Source: Octopus vulgaris (Eukaryota). From it: a stretch of DNA of 64,000 nucleotides. The position numbers and the translations under genes are program-made. Below, piece after piece: positions 47,192 through 60,226 of the stretch. Where the stretch lies: the NCBI GenBank assembly GCA_951406725.2, contig OX597828.1:8184001-8248000 (forward strand). Reading direction: 5' to 3'. The notes beneath the pieces are model-generated. The model made no database searches, was not told where the DNA came from, and saw only the letters and a program-made list of their open reading frames with translations. How positions within the stretch are numbered: the stretch's first letter is position 1; each line of letters starts with the position of its first letter.

Positions 47192-47796
47192 GATATGTTA
47201 AAATAAGATGTCAGTGTCATTTTCATATTTGCGTAATTTAGACGACTGCTCATTCGCCGCACTTTGGATATAGATATATACAAAGTATACAAATATGTAT
47301 CAGAGATATATAGAACACAAAGAAAGACCGTGTTGCATTGACGTTTTAAAACCGCCAATTCAAAAATGTGACAGTAGGATAATATAAAAAAAGCAAAAAT
47401 ATAGAGAAGATGCCGTAAATTTTATTTAGATTGGACACGAAACTCAGTCAATAGCGAAACGCATTTAACAATGCGCTGTGTAATTTAGCGATTCCCGACA
47501 CTTATTTATGAAAAGGCTTTGTATGGTCAATGTCTTGACATAAATATTTTTCTTGGTTTTGAGAGGCTTTAACAACATGAAGACAAGCCAAATTGGCATA
47601 ACTTTCAAACCTAGCACCATAACTACATTTCCAATAGTATAGCAGCGAGAAAACAAGGTGATTGCAAATTGTGGTCTATTTAAGTTAATGTGAGACATAA
47701 AAGATTTGTTTTTCCCCGTTTCTGAACAAAATATTCACTTATTAGATGCCATATAAATAAACACCTTATATGTATATGTATACAATGTGTGTGTGT

Positions 47797-47827
<31 letters not shown>

Positions 47828-48659
47828 TATATATATATGTGTATGTGTGTGTGTATACGTGTATGAATATATATATATATATAAACATTTTTATACATGT
47901 GCATAAGTGTGTATCGCTCTACGTGTCTGTACATACATAGATACATACATAGATACATAGATACATACATAGATACATACATACATACATAAATACAAAC
48001 ATACATACATACATACGTACATACATACATACAAGTATATATATATGCTTGTGTGTGTTTGTGTGTATGTATGAGTGCTTATGTGTATATATATATAAAG
48101 TGATAGCACTCTGATTATTAGAAATGTCACATTTTCCATCATGAGAATCTACTGTGTAGTTAGAATGTCATTGCTGTCTTGTTTACCTGGTTGCCTGATG
48201 AGTTTTGACTCAAAAGTGTATAGTAAAGAACGAATTTTCTGAGAAAACCCGCATTTCTAACCTTATGGGAACTTAAAGCGGTTTGAGCATTTCTAAAAAG
48301 CAAAATTATGAGAGGTATATTTGTCTGACCACGCACGCGCATTACCAATGCCCTCATTCCTTTACGACCATGTTATTTGTGCATCAACGAATTTCAAGTT
48401 GCATAATTTTGTATTGATTGCAACTTAATTGTCAGTGTTTGTCTTATCAAATATAAGTACCTCTTTATTTTTCTTCGTGCACCAATTCAACTGACCCAGT
48501 TCTTGCTCCTAGATATCACGAAATATTATTTCTCTCCACTTCACACTCCGTAATAATAGGATGTCATAAATAACCTGTTCCAAAAGTCTTTGAAGGTCAT
48601 GCAACTTGAGACCGCATTTCATGAACACATGATATATTATATATATATATATATATATA

Positions 48660-49047
48660 TAAGTAAATAAGTGGAGTTGAACGAAGATGTTATTAAAATT
48701 CTGTTACTTTCGACATATGTTTCGAAGACAACATTGGTTTTATTCCAAAGGAATACACGGTGTAAAATGCAATCTTCTCATCAAGAAAGAAAGCCTATCT
48801 CAACAACAAGACATAACAATTACGATGACTGCCATTTTACACCAAAAGTAAAAGAATTTTAATAACATCTTCGTTCAACTCCATTTATTTACTTACACTA
48901 CGCAAATTACTACACATTAACCCGGAGTTTCTACCTTTGAATAGGTCGCTACTTCCGTGTTACTTGCGTGAATTTTGCTACCCTGGTAACTGTTTATTGA
49001 ATTTTCCATGTTAACGGTAAACAAAGGATAATTCCTTTATCCATTTA
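48660..49047. mobile_element. TA-embedded Penelope-type non-autonomous element with inverted terminal duplication
   Basis: Inverted arms at 48660-48702 and 48853-48895; homologous to 52630-52900. Confidence 0.7.
48707..48789 (-). ncRNA. Minimal type I hammerhead ribozyme candidate (C3U variant)
   Basis: CTTTC-TTGATGA-GAAGAT...GTCTTC-GAAA-CATATG-TC^GAAAG: complete stem I, 6-bp stem II with extension, palindromic stem III, GUC site. Confidence 0.7.
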
Positions 49048-49799
49048 TATATATATATATATGCATATGTATTAAACGCTAGTATTTGGATAAAAAAAAT
49101 CACTCTTCAAATCTTTAGAATCTATTGATTAGTTAGGAAGTTGCTGTTCGCTTTTTACCTGGTTGCCTGATAAGTTTTGAATGATGTAACGTGTTGCACA
49201 GTCTAACTAACCGTATTAGGCTTACGTCAAAGGATTAACTATTAATGAAAAGGTTGTAGCAATACCAGATAATCTCTTCGACTGTTTTTATTATTTATGT
49301 ACGCATGTATGTACATTTATATATATATATGTGTGTGTGTATGCATGTTTTTGTGTGTGTTTGTTTTTGTATGCGTACATAAGTAGACTTGCATTCAACA
49401 CCCACCAGCTGATAGTCAGGAACACATATCTACGAATACATATACACATCTAGAAAAAGACAGGTAAAAATATATTGTAATGTATGGCTTCGCTTACGTA
49501 ATACAAAGCATTGAAACACCAATCAACTGAGATCATTCAATAAATCATTAGAAAAGCGTGAGTTGGTGTGCTAAAACTCAAAAAATAACAGAGGTAGGGC
49601 GTAAATCTGTCCCTATATGCGTTACTCACAAAACAGGCCTGCGCGCATCCATACAGAGGATAGCAAATATACAGAGACAAGTATGAAAAAAAAAAAAAAT
49701 TGGCTGAGTCATTTCGGATGATACATTTTAACTAAGATCAACTAATTTGTACTCTGTTGACTTCATCCACACGTACACTCATAGACACAGACAAACGCA

Positions 49800-51230
<1,431 letters not shown>

Positions 51231-52210
51231 ACATGCATATACACAGACACGTATTTGCAGACATGCGCATCTACGTTTTAAAAACTGGATGTCAAAAGAA
51301 TATAAATTAAAGAAAAAAAAAGAGAGTAAATCAGGAGTCTACGTCTAGAACATTAAAAGAATATTTTGTAATAAATCTAAAAGACACAGAAAAAAAAGAG
51401 AATACAAGTATCAACATTATCACGTTATTGAGCTTGAAGCTTATTGATGAAGTAAGACAAATTTCGTATGACACGAATTAACTCGAGGTTTCTTAAACAG
51501 ATTTAATCAGTTTCAATGCGCTTATAATTAAAAAAAAATTAAGTTAAAGAAATGAATAGTAAAAAGAATTCCCAATGAAGTTAGCGTTGATTCTCATGGC
51601 TGGCAAGGAATGTCTGCTTGAGTGAAAATGTTTTATACGACTTATCACTTGCTTTGCTTATTGTTTGTTTGCAACATAATTTGGTTCCTTTTCATTAGTG
51701 TTCCTCATAGACACGAACAACGAAGCACCTCGGTTTCTGGCTTTCATGCGTCGTACCTAAAACATTACTTGAAATATGAAAGAAAGACTAGTTTATTGTG
51801 TATTGATTTAACTTTTTACATTCGTTAGTTGTATGTTATCTCCCGCATAAATTATTCGGTAGAGCATCAAACTATAATCTCTCATACATTAAGATATCCG
51901 ATATCAAGACCGCGGGTTCGTGTCCTTTGCAGACTCATGATTCCTTTTTATAGCCATTTTTCAGCAGAGTGAAAAAATGATGAACAACCTTAATAGATTT
52001 TTGATCATTATTGGGTTCTCATCAGAAGCATCCACATCATAATTGTAACAGTCTCCAGAGAAACGATATATATATATATATACATATATATAAAACCGCC
52101 TTACCAGTTCAATAATGCATTTGCTTACTCACAGTTTCCAATATACTTCAAGCATACTTGATTTTGTAATAAGCTTGTTTTTATACACATCACTTTCTTT
52201 CGTTCTAAAC

Positions 52211-52256
52211 AAAAGTGTCCGACGAACGGGAACGTGAAACTCTGAGTAACAGTTTT
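52211..52256 (+). ncRNA. Minimal type I hammerhead ribozyme candidate (U4C variant)
   Basis: AAAAGTGT-CCGACGA-ACG(GGAA)CGT-GAAA-CTCTGAG-TA^ACAGTTTT. Confidence 0.65.
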
Positions 52257-52430
52257 TGTCCTATATTTTCTGCTTTTTAATAAAGCATATTACTCTACCT
52301 CTGGTATTCGAGTACTATTTCTTCCACCTAATTTCATATTTATGTGCATATTGAAAGAAATGGTAAGACAACAAAAGAATGAAAGTGACCTCGATAGTAT
52401 GTAAATTCAGGAATTTATCTGTATATATAA

Positions 52431-52463
<33 letters not shown>

Positions 52464-52629
52464 TGTATGTGTTGTGTTGACACCCCCAGACAATGAAGTA
52501 GGCTAGCCCAATACGTAGATATAGAGGGAGAATCCTAGACGTCAGGAGTACCAGAGTAGCGGTGAGAGTTGAGTAGAAGGCATCCGAACGTGCGACATAA
52601 CAGTATGTATGTGTAAGTTTTCAATGTGT

Positions 52630-52980
52630 ACAAATAACACGGAAAAAAATATAAATAGTTACCAAGGTAACAAAAATTCACATAAGTACCAAGGATATTA
52701 CAGCCTACTTATAAATGTAGAAATTCCAAGGTTAAGTTGAATGCTTTTTGCATAACATGGATAAATCAAGAAAGAAAGTCAAACGCAGGTGTTATTCAAA
52801 TCATTTATACTTCCAAGATATGCTTCGAAAAAACATTCCCTCCGGAGGGAATAAAAATGATGTAAAACAATGCAATGATCTCGTCAAGGAAAAGCGAAAC
52901 AAAACACATCAAAAATCTATTTTAACCGAATGTGATTACTGCGTATATGATCAAGGGGAACGCTAGCATGTTATTAAAAA
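52630..52980 (-). mobile_element. Second, diverged copy of the 48.7-kb Penelope-type element with decayed hammerhead at 52811-52891
   Basis: TTCC-TTGACGA-G...C-GAAG-CATATC-TT-GGAA, plus a tail homologous to 48853-49040. Confidence 0.65.
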
Positions 52981-53024
52981 AGATATATATATATATATAT
53001 ATATGTATACACACACACACACAC

Positions 53025-55065
53025 GCGGGATTTTGTTCTTGAAAATGCGCCTGAATTTGAAAAAATTGTAATTGTTTTTAAATACATTTTTTTACATATA
53101 TAGCAAACTAGTTTCAACAAATTTTTTTTGTTTCAATGGCATGAAAGTTTGGGATTTAAAAAAATTTAAACTTCGAAGTAGAAAACAATCTTAAATGATT
53201 AAATGTTCACAAAATTCAATAATATCAAAAATAATCGGCAAAAAAATATCTAAAAAATGTGGATCACAAATAGTTCAGCCATGCTGAGTTAAGAGAGAGA
53301 AAAATAAGAAGAGTGTAAAAAAGAGAGTTTTGTTACAGCTTCTGCCATCTTGCGCCTGATTCTTCTTTTCCATCGCGTACAGGGTTCTTCGCTTGCAACG
53401 GAGTGATTTGGAATCAGTGTATCTATTATTTGTGTTTTTTTCCTTGAAGGAATCAAATTTTTGATTTGTTATAATTCTGATAACGTCCCATTCTTTCTAG
53501 TGGTCAAGTTGGCGTTCTACCTGGCTGACTTCTTTGTAGGGAATGGACATCAATTGGTTGAATCTTTTAAAGGGTCTTTTTTATATTTTTTTTTTCTGAG
53601 AGTTCGGTTCTGATCGGAGGTAAATTTTTATTGGTCAAGAACTAGGTGACGTCTGCAACTGGTGTTTGTATTTTGTTATTGTATGGTAGTTTAGAGCCGC
53701 CGTTTCGAAACCCGATAGGAAAACTTACTAAAGTTATCGAATTATGTCTGTTGTATCTGGTTGTTTTGTTTATGAAGAAATAGAATTTTTTCTTCTTTCT
53801 AAGGGATATTTTGCCGTTGTTTATATTTTTTAATGAGTGTACTTTCCTTATTCAATTGGTATTGTGTTGAAATGTTTCCAGTGCATTGTTAGAGAGGGAA
53901 GATTTGGTATTACGAGCTCATGTTAACAGGGCATTGGTCTAGGTGTTTGCTTACGGGAATTTTCCTGGTCGTAGGATCCTGGACTTGTTTCCTGTCCCGT
54001 CACTCTTTTCCTCAATGTCAACTACTTTGACATATGTAGTCTACATCACATCCATCGCGTTTGAGACTATAGATTAAGTTCTTAGATGCACAGGTGAAGT
54101 GATTTTTTTAATACAAAAAGTTTGACCTGACTTATATTTATATGTTGAGCCCTCCAAGAGGTCGACGCAAGTCCTGCAGTTAGAGTGGTTACAGTTTTTG
54201 ACTATTGGGGTTGTATTTTTTGTGGGTAATTTGGCGCAGGTGAGTAACCTTTTTAGGGATTGCGGTTGTCTCTTGCTTTTAATAATCCTATGTTTCCAGT
54301 GCATTCTTCACTAACTGGTCATTCATAAGGAGGGGTATATTTTGGTGGATGATGGTGTATGACACAATGTTCCTCGAATTGTGTGTTGATGCGTAAGATA
54401 AAGTTTTGAGTGTTCCATGGGGTTTTCTTGTTTGCCGTAAGTCTTGGATATCTATCGTTTTTGCACGTTCTATTCCGTTTTTGATTAAACTAGCCGGATA
54501 TTTTCTTTCTAGTAATGTGTTTTTAAGTTCTTGGAGATTTTATGCAATCGCTCAAATTCTTCTTACTAAGTTGAACGGTATATTAATTTTAGTAATGTTT
54601 TGGGTCTCAGGAAGAGAATAGAAAATATTGCTGAGTCCGTTTCAATTTCAGTATCTCTTTTTATAATTAAGATGTTCAGGCAGAGTAGCTCTTTGTAGAT
54701 GTATTCCATTGCAAACTGGGTACTAATCCTGTTGATTAATTTCTTGAATTCTAAGAGTTGCTCAAGTTTATGCGACCGCAGAATGAAACAATCATCCAGG
54801 TAGCATTTCTAGTTCGTGAGTAAATGTTTCTAGAAGTTGTCTCGTATATTTGGACTGCCAAATATGCCATAACAAAATAGACAAAAGCAGAGGCTTCCTT
54901 CGTTTCATCGCAGTGCCCGATTGTTGTCTATAAAATCCCATATGTTCATACCCTTGATAAACGAAAACTTTTTGAAACTAGTTGGGTATATATGTAAATA
55001 AATTTATTTAAAAACAATTACAAGTTTTTCAAATTTACGTGCATTTCCCAAACCAAATCCTCCTA
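53025..55065 (-). mobile_element. Penelope-like element (Neptune-like), 5'-truncated, with inverted pseudo-LTR
   Basis: Minus strand: YRQQSGTAM and YLDDCFI (RT), SKRQPQSLKRLL, Cys linker CNHSNCRTC, and FTCASKNLIYSL..GC...YICQS..LRKR (GIY-YIG). Imperfect inverted ends at ~53025-53145 and ~54945-55065. Confidence 0.9.
54948..54989 (+). ncRNA. Minimal hammerhead candidate with U3/A8 core in the inverted pseudo-LTR
   Basis: ATACCC-TTGATAA-acgaaaacttttt-GAAA-CTAG-TT^GGGTAT. Stem I is perfect; stem II is decayed. Confidence 0.55.
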
Positions 55066-56029
55066 TACATTTTTCTGCTTTGAAATACATCCCTTTTTTC
55101 TATATATATACTTTTAGGGCAAATGTCTCTGAGTGCTCCCGTAAAAAGATCCTATACTTCTTGTTATTTCTATCTTCCAGAGCAGAGTAAATCCTATGGG
55201 ATTGTTATATATGCGAAACTCTTTACAGCGTATGATAAATATAGTAATAGCGAAAATGGCTTGTGGGTGGACATTTTTTAGACCATTAATCCATTTTTAG
55301 ATCTGTTCATTTGTACTGACATTTTGACATCCATAGTATATTATGAAATGTTATTTCTAACATCTATGAATCTTGTGCATGTCTCTACGCCATATATAAG
55401 CCGAAGATTCATAGATACAGTAAATAATATTTAATAATATCATACGGATGTAAAAGTGTTATCACAAATGAACATGTAGGATGCTGAAACGTATGTCACA
55501 ATAGACTAATAATGTCTAAAAATTTCCTTCCACAAGTCATTTATATTAATACTCGAGCCCTTCATCAACGGGAGCAAGCGTTGCAAGAGGTGCATAGCTG
55601 AACGGGGTGGAATATTAAAGAACTCGGATAACATCTTACATTCCTGGACGAAAATCATCGGAATCTGCTTACATTTCAGGAAATTTCTACTGAAGTCTTG
55701 GGACCCCAAAGCCTAACGGGTTGATTACTAATAGTGGTCTAAGGGAGATATTCCCTTGCGCTTAACCCTTCACTTTCGTCTGTGTTTTCAACAACAAGCC
55801 AGAAGGTATACTCTTTCTCCAGTTTGAAGAGAGGTTATAGGCCACCAGCCATTAGGATATGAAAAGGTGCTGTAAAGCTAAGTGCTTTGTGGATGGGAAA
55901 CCCAGGGCAACCCCATGGACCGGCCATAAGTATTTTTATCTAACTAATTACTCTACTGCTCTATAACTCAGAGTGCGCTTCTTTTTCGGATTTATGATGT
56001 ACTGACGGTATATATATGTGTGTGGGTGG

Positions 56030-56230
56030 GTGTGTTTGTGTCTGTGTGCATGTTTGTGCGTCTATGCGTCAGTGTTTGTCCCCCAACGTCTCTTGACAAA
56101 TTGTTTTCGTGCCTAGTCTATCGGAAAAGAGACTGATAGAATATGCAGTATCCTTGAAAAACAAAAATAAGTACTGGGGCCGATTCTTTTCACTCACAAT
56201 CTCCAAGACGGTACCTCAGGTTGGTCGCAG
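56030..56230 (+). mobile_element. SINE family C, old 3' half
   Basis: gtttgtcccccaacgtctcttgacaa...aaagagactgatagaata...aagtactggggccgatt. Confidence 0.6.
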
Positions 56231-56389
56231 GGACAAAAAATAATTTAGTCATGATAAGTAGGGCATTGTACGTTGAGTACAGCTAACGGTCATATGAACA
56301 CATGTCAGTCGATATTTCAGCTGTCAAATAATAATCAATATGATACAAATATTATTCACAATGGTTTAAAATTATGGTTAAAGGCGAAA

Positions 56390-56926
56390 GGTAGCTAAGC
56401 ATTTTGCCCGGTGGGCTAACGATTGTGTCCTCTCACTGCCTTGACATATAGACGAACGAAATGCCGTAAGCACTTTGTCCGGTGTTGTAGAGATTCTGCC
56501 AGCTCACTGCCTTACACATAATATTAATAATACTTTCTGTTATAAGCACAAGGCCTGAAATTTGGGTGAGAGGGATTGTTCATTACATCGATCCACGCAC
56601 TCAGCTAGTACTTATATCGACTGAGATGGTACTTTTATCGACCCCGAAATGCTGAAAGGCAAAGTTAACAGAATTTGAACTCAGAATGTAAGGACGGGTG
56701 CAATACTGATGTGATAACGGTTCTGTCTGCTCACCGCCTTCACAAATAATATTAATAATCTTTTCTGCTATAGACACAACGGCTGAAATTTGGGGGATGA
56801 GAATGGTCGGTTACATCGACCCCAGTACTCAACTGATACTTGTTCACGGTATTTCGCACTTTCGGGGTGAAATGCCGCTATACATTTCGCACAGTGTGCT
56901 AACGATGCTGGCAAATCACCGCCTTA
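56390..56926 (-). mobile_element. Stack of four degenerate SINE family A units
   Basis: Head motif (ctcactgcctt / ctcaccgcctt / atcaccgcctt) recurs near 56440, 56510, 56740 and 56925. Confidence 0.75.
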
Positions 56927-57039
56927 CAAATAGCATTAAAGATAATATTTATAATAATAGCAGTAGAAATGCCGATCCTTCCAGACAATAACAACAGTAA
57001 TAAGAATTATCCTTGACTTTTTAATCACATTAGTGTTGT

Positions 57040-57167
<128 letters not shown>

Positions 57168-57169
57168 TT

Positions 57170-59356
57170 GTCTTTGCACAGCTATTAACTCGGGGGATGT
57201 ACAACAGTACCAGTGAACTAAGGTGACACCCCTTATTTTTTTGAGCACCACCCGGAGCATTCGAACGGTTCCAAGCAGTGCTGTTTTATGCAAGTGTTCC
57301 ACCCTTATTGTAGCCCCTATTTTTTCAATGTACTTCTCAAGATTTTTACTCACTGTTCTCAGAGCTCCGACAATTATTGGTACTACTACCATCTTTTTCA
57401 GCGACCACAACTGCTTAACCTCCCAAGCTAACCTGTTATATCTATCGACTTTTCTTTCTTCCTTATCGCATACCTAGTTGTCAGCTGGGCATGCTATACC
57501 TATGATCCAGCATCGTTTGCTTTCTTTCTCAATTAACACTATGTCTGATTTCCTATTCTCTATCGCATGGTCGCACTGAATCATAAAATATCACAGGATC
57601 TTTGCATTATCATTTTCGATGATGCCTTCGAGTTTACGTTCGTACCACCATTTTGTTCAGTTAAGTCCATACTTGTTGCAAAGTGTCCAATTGACAATCC
57701 TTGCTATATCGTCATAACACCTCTTATATTCTGAATGGGCTAGTAGCGTACATTGACTGCTAATATGTCAAACGGTTTCACCATTTTGTCCACGTATTCT
57801 GCACTTATCACTTTCTGATTTGTTGTCTTTTCTGTATTAGATGTAATTGGTTCTTAATGCTTGCTCTTGGACAGCACAGATTAGAGTCTCCATTCACCAA
57901 TCTTTTGATCCAGTAGCCTTGAACTCCATCTGGTCCCGTGGCCTTCCAGCTGCCCATTTTTGTTGCTAATTTCATTCACTTCCCTAACTGAATTGCTTAG
58001 TTCTGCCTGTTTTGGACAGACTAATGGTTATTACAGTCGCTACAACTACTTAGCATTCTTCTTCTGCTTCTTGTCTTTGCTCCAGATCCCACTCCCGAAC
58101 CTTTGACTTTCAATGTTATCTCGTATTGATTATTCATCTGTTTACTCCCATTTATTTATTTCTAGAATCTCTTTTGATCAACTCTGAAAATTCTATTTTG
58201 CTGGTATCCCTTCATTCTTTGGTCGCATCTTACCATCTTTGCTTTCTTTGCAACGAGGCGCTGTTTTAGTTCCTCCATTACCACTTTCAGACACTTCCTT
58301 TCAATATCATAATTACTGTTCAGTGCCCTATATTTTTGTCTGGTATTAATCGCCCCTTCTCTTTTCGCTCTCACACAGAAATATCCTTCGAGAGCATATC
58401 TAGCCCCTCCTGTATTCTCCTTTTCTACCATGGATCTTTTCTTTTGTCACTCCCATTATATTTCTTTTTCTTGGCATCAACACCCACATTTTCTGCAACA
58501 ACAATAACTGATGGCTTCATGAAATTATTTGTTTGTGTGATGTTTCTTTCTTCTGATGTATTTCCGAATTTCATTGACATTTTTCGTTTCTCGGTTCAAT
58601 TTCCAATGATCAAACTTTCTTAAGGTTTCAAATAATGTCGCTATCGTTCTCCTGTAGCATTGCCTTTATTCTGTCGTAGACTGCCCTTTGCCCGTATCAC
58701 ATGTCACCATTAATTTTATTGTCTTCTTCCAAACCATCTATATGTCTCTAATCAAGCAATCTATAACTCTTCCTTTCCTGTGGGTTATTAGAGATTTCAC
58801 CTCGGTTTTCTGCTATGAGATTACTTTTATCAATAGGAACTCTATTTTCATCGTTTCCTCTGCTGCTGTTTTCCAGTTCCCATCTTTTGATAGCTTCGAG
58901 CTCTACTTCTGTGAACCAACAATTTTTTTCTTATTGCTCTAGCTTGATCACATAATCTCTGTTCCTTGAGTTGAAACAATCCTTCTTCCCTCCATTGATG
59001 ATATATACGTTGTCGGTATCCACTAATATCAGCACCATTTTCGTCTACAGGGTTGCTAGGGCAGTAGGTAACATAATCACAGCATTGACTGGTTTGCTCC
59101 GTCTTCAGCATGTGTGTTGGTCCCTTGTTGGATAACGACAAGCTGGAGTCGGACCAGTATTTCTGAGCCTGCCGGATGCAACACTGTCAACATCACGGGC
59201 TTCAGCTTCATTACCACCGTTATTCACTATATTTTGTTTTTTCATTGTTAATGATATGAGATACCGATATGCGCAATTACCAGTAATTTTATTGTGACAC
59301 CATTACTAGATGTATCATCAATCAGGACATAAAGAGATTCCAACCGCTTCCTTTCA
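57170..59356 (-). mobile_element. R4/Dong-like element with both ends present and most of RT deleted
   Basis: N-terminal GYRQRIYHQWREEGLFQLKEQRLCDQARAIRK; EELKQRLVAKKAK...QQNRIFRVDQKRF; DKCRIRGQNGETV.HISSQC; C-terminal VVVPIIVGAL...LHKTALLGTVRMLR. Putative ATG at 59245. Confidence 0.9.
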
Positions 59357-59366
59357 TTATTATTAT

Positions 59367-59700
59367 TTTTTTTTTTTTCTTCTTTCAAATTCGCTTCCAT
59401 TTCTTGCCGAGTGTCTTCCCGACTCCTAGGGTAAAGAAACTCATAGCATACATTGGTAGGCCATTAAACCAAACTCAGTAGTGCGTTCATTTTTTTCTTT
59501 TTTTTTTTTAAAGTTAAATTAAAATACATGAGCAGCAACAGTTCTCACATCGACAATGCTCTTCTCAATACGTGTGATTTACCAGTTAAGACAATCTTTT
59601 GCACTTCTTGCAGGGATGGTAAGCCAGGGATCATTCTCATATAATTTTCGGTTCCCTTCTTGATCATTTACGGTTCCCTTCTTGATCATTTTCGGTTCCC

Positions 59701-59701
<1 letters not shown>
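59367..59701 (-). mobile_element. 3' end of a second R4/Dong-like family inside (TAA)n
   Basis: MIKKGTENYMRMIPGLPSLQEVQKIVLTGKSHVLRRALSM-stop plus 3' UTR; TAA repeats on both sides. Confidence 0.82.
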
Positions 59702-59765
<64 letters not shown>

Positions 59766-59783
59766 CATTATTATTATTATTAT
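59702..59783. repeat. (TTA)n microsatellite
   Basis: Visible directly. Confidence 0.98.
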
Positions 59784-59915
59784 TGCCTTTGCACAGTTTC
59801 TAAAGCCGGAGATGTACTACAGTGTCATCTGTTCACTACCTGTAAGGTAGCAAACAGCTGATATTGTAATACCTTTTCGAGCACCTTCCGGAGTATTCGA
59901 AAGGTTCCAAGCAGG
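59784..59915 (-). mobile_element. Short R4/Dong-like 3' end related to 57170-57275
   Basis: LLGTFRILRKVLEK; the 3' UTR ctttgcacag...gatgtac matches 57172-57200. Confidence 0.8.
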
Positions 59916-60156
59916 TATTGTTATATTTCGGAATGGTCTTATGGCCAGTTTAGCCAATAAGAGACACAAATAAGAAAGAAGAAAACAAAGGACCACTGAT
60001 GCGGTCACAGGAGTGTGACGAAAGAACTCTGGCCGAAATAAAGATTAAGATTAATGTAAAAAATAAATAACACTGAAGCAAAATTACACCAAATATATAG
60101 TGCATGTGTTTTTATTGGCTAAACTGGCAATATGACCATTCCGAAATATAACAATA
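59916..60156. mobile_element. Short element with ~52-bp inverted ends and an internal hammerhead-like motif
   Basis: Arms at 59916-59968 and 60105-60156; internal CCA-CTGATGC-G-GTCAC(AGGAGT)GTGAC-GAAA-GAAC-TC-TGG. Confidence 0.65.
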
Positions 60157-60157
60157 T

Positions 60158-60226
<69 letters not shown>

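Noticed and set aside
48172-49180. Short direct repeat tttacctggttgcctgat(g/a)agttttga containing CTGATGA
   Set aside because: The ~28-bp repeat is real, but stem II and GAAA are absent, so it is not called a ribozyme.
55455-55505. GAAACGTATGTC, hammerhead 3' half
   Set aside because: No matching CUGANGA-like core or stem I upstream.
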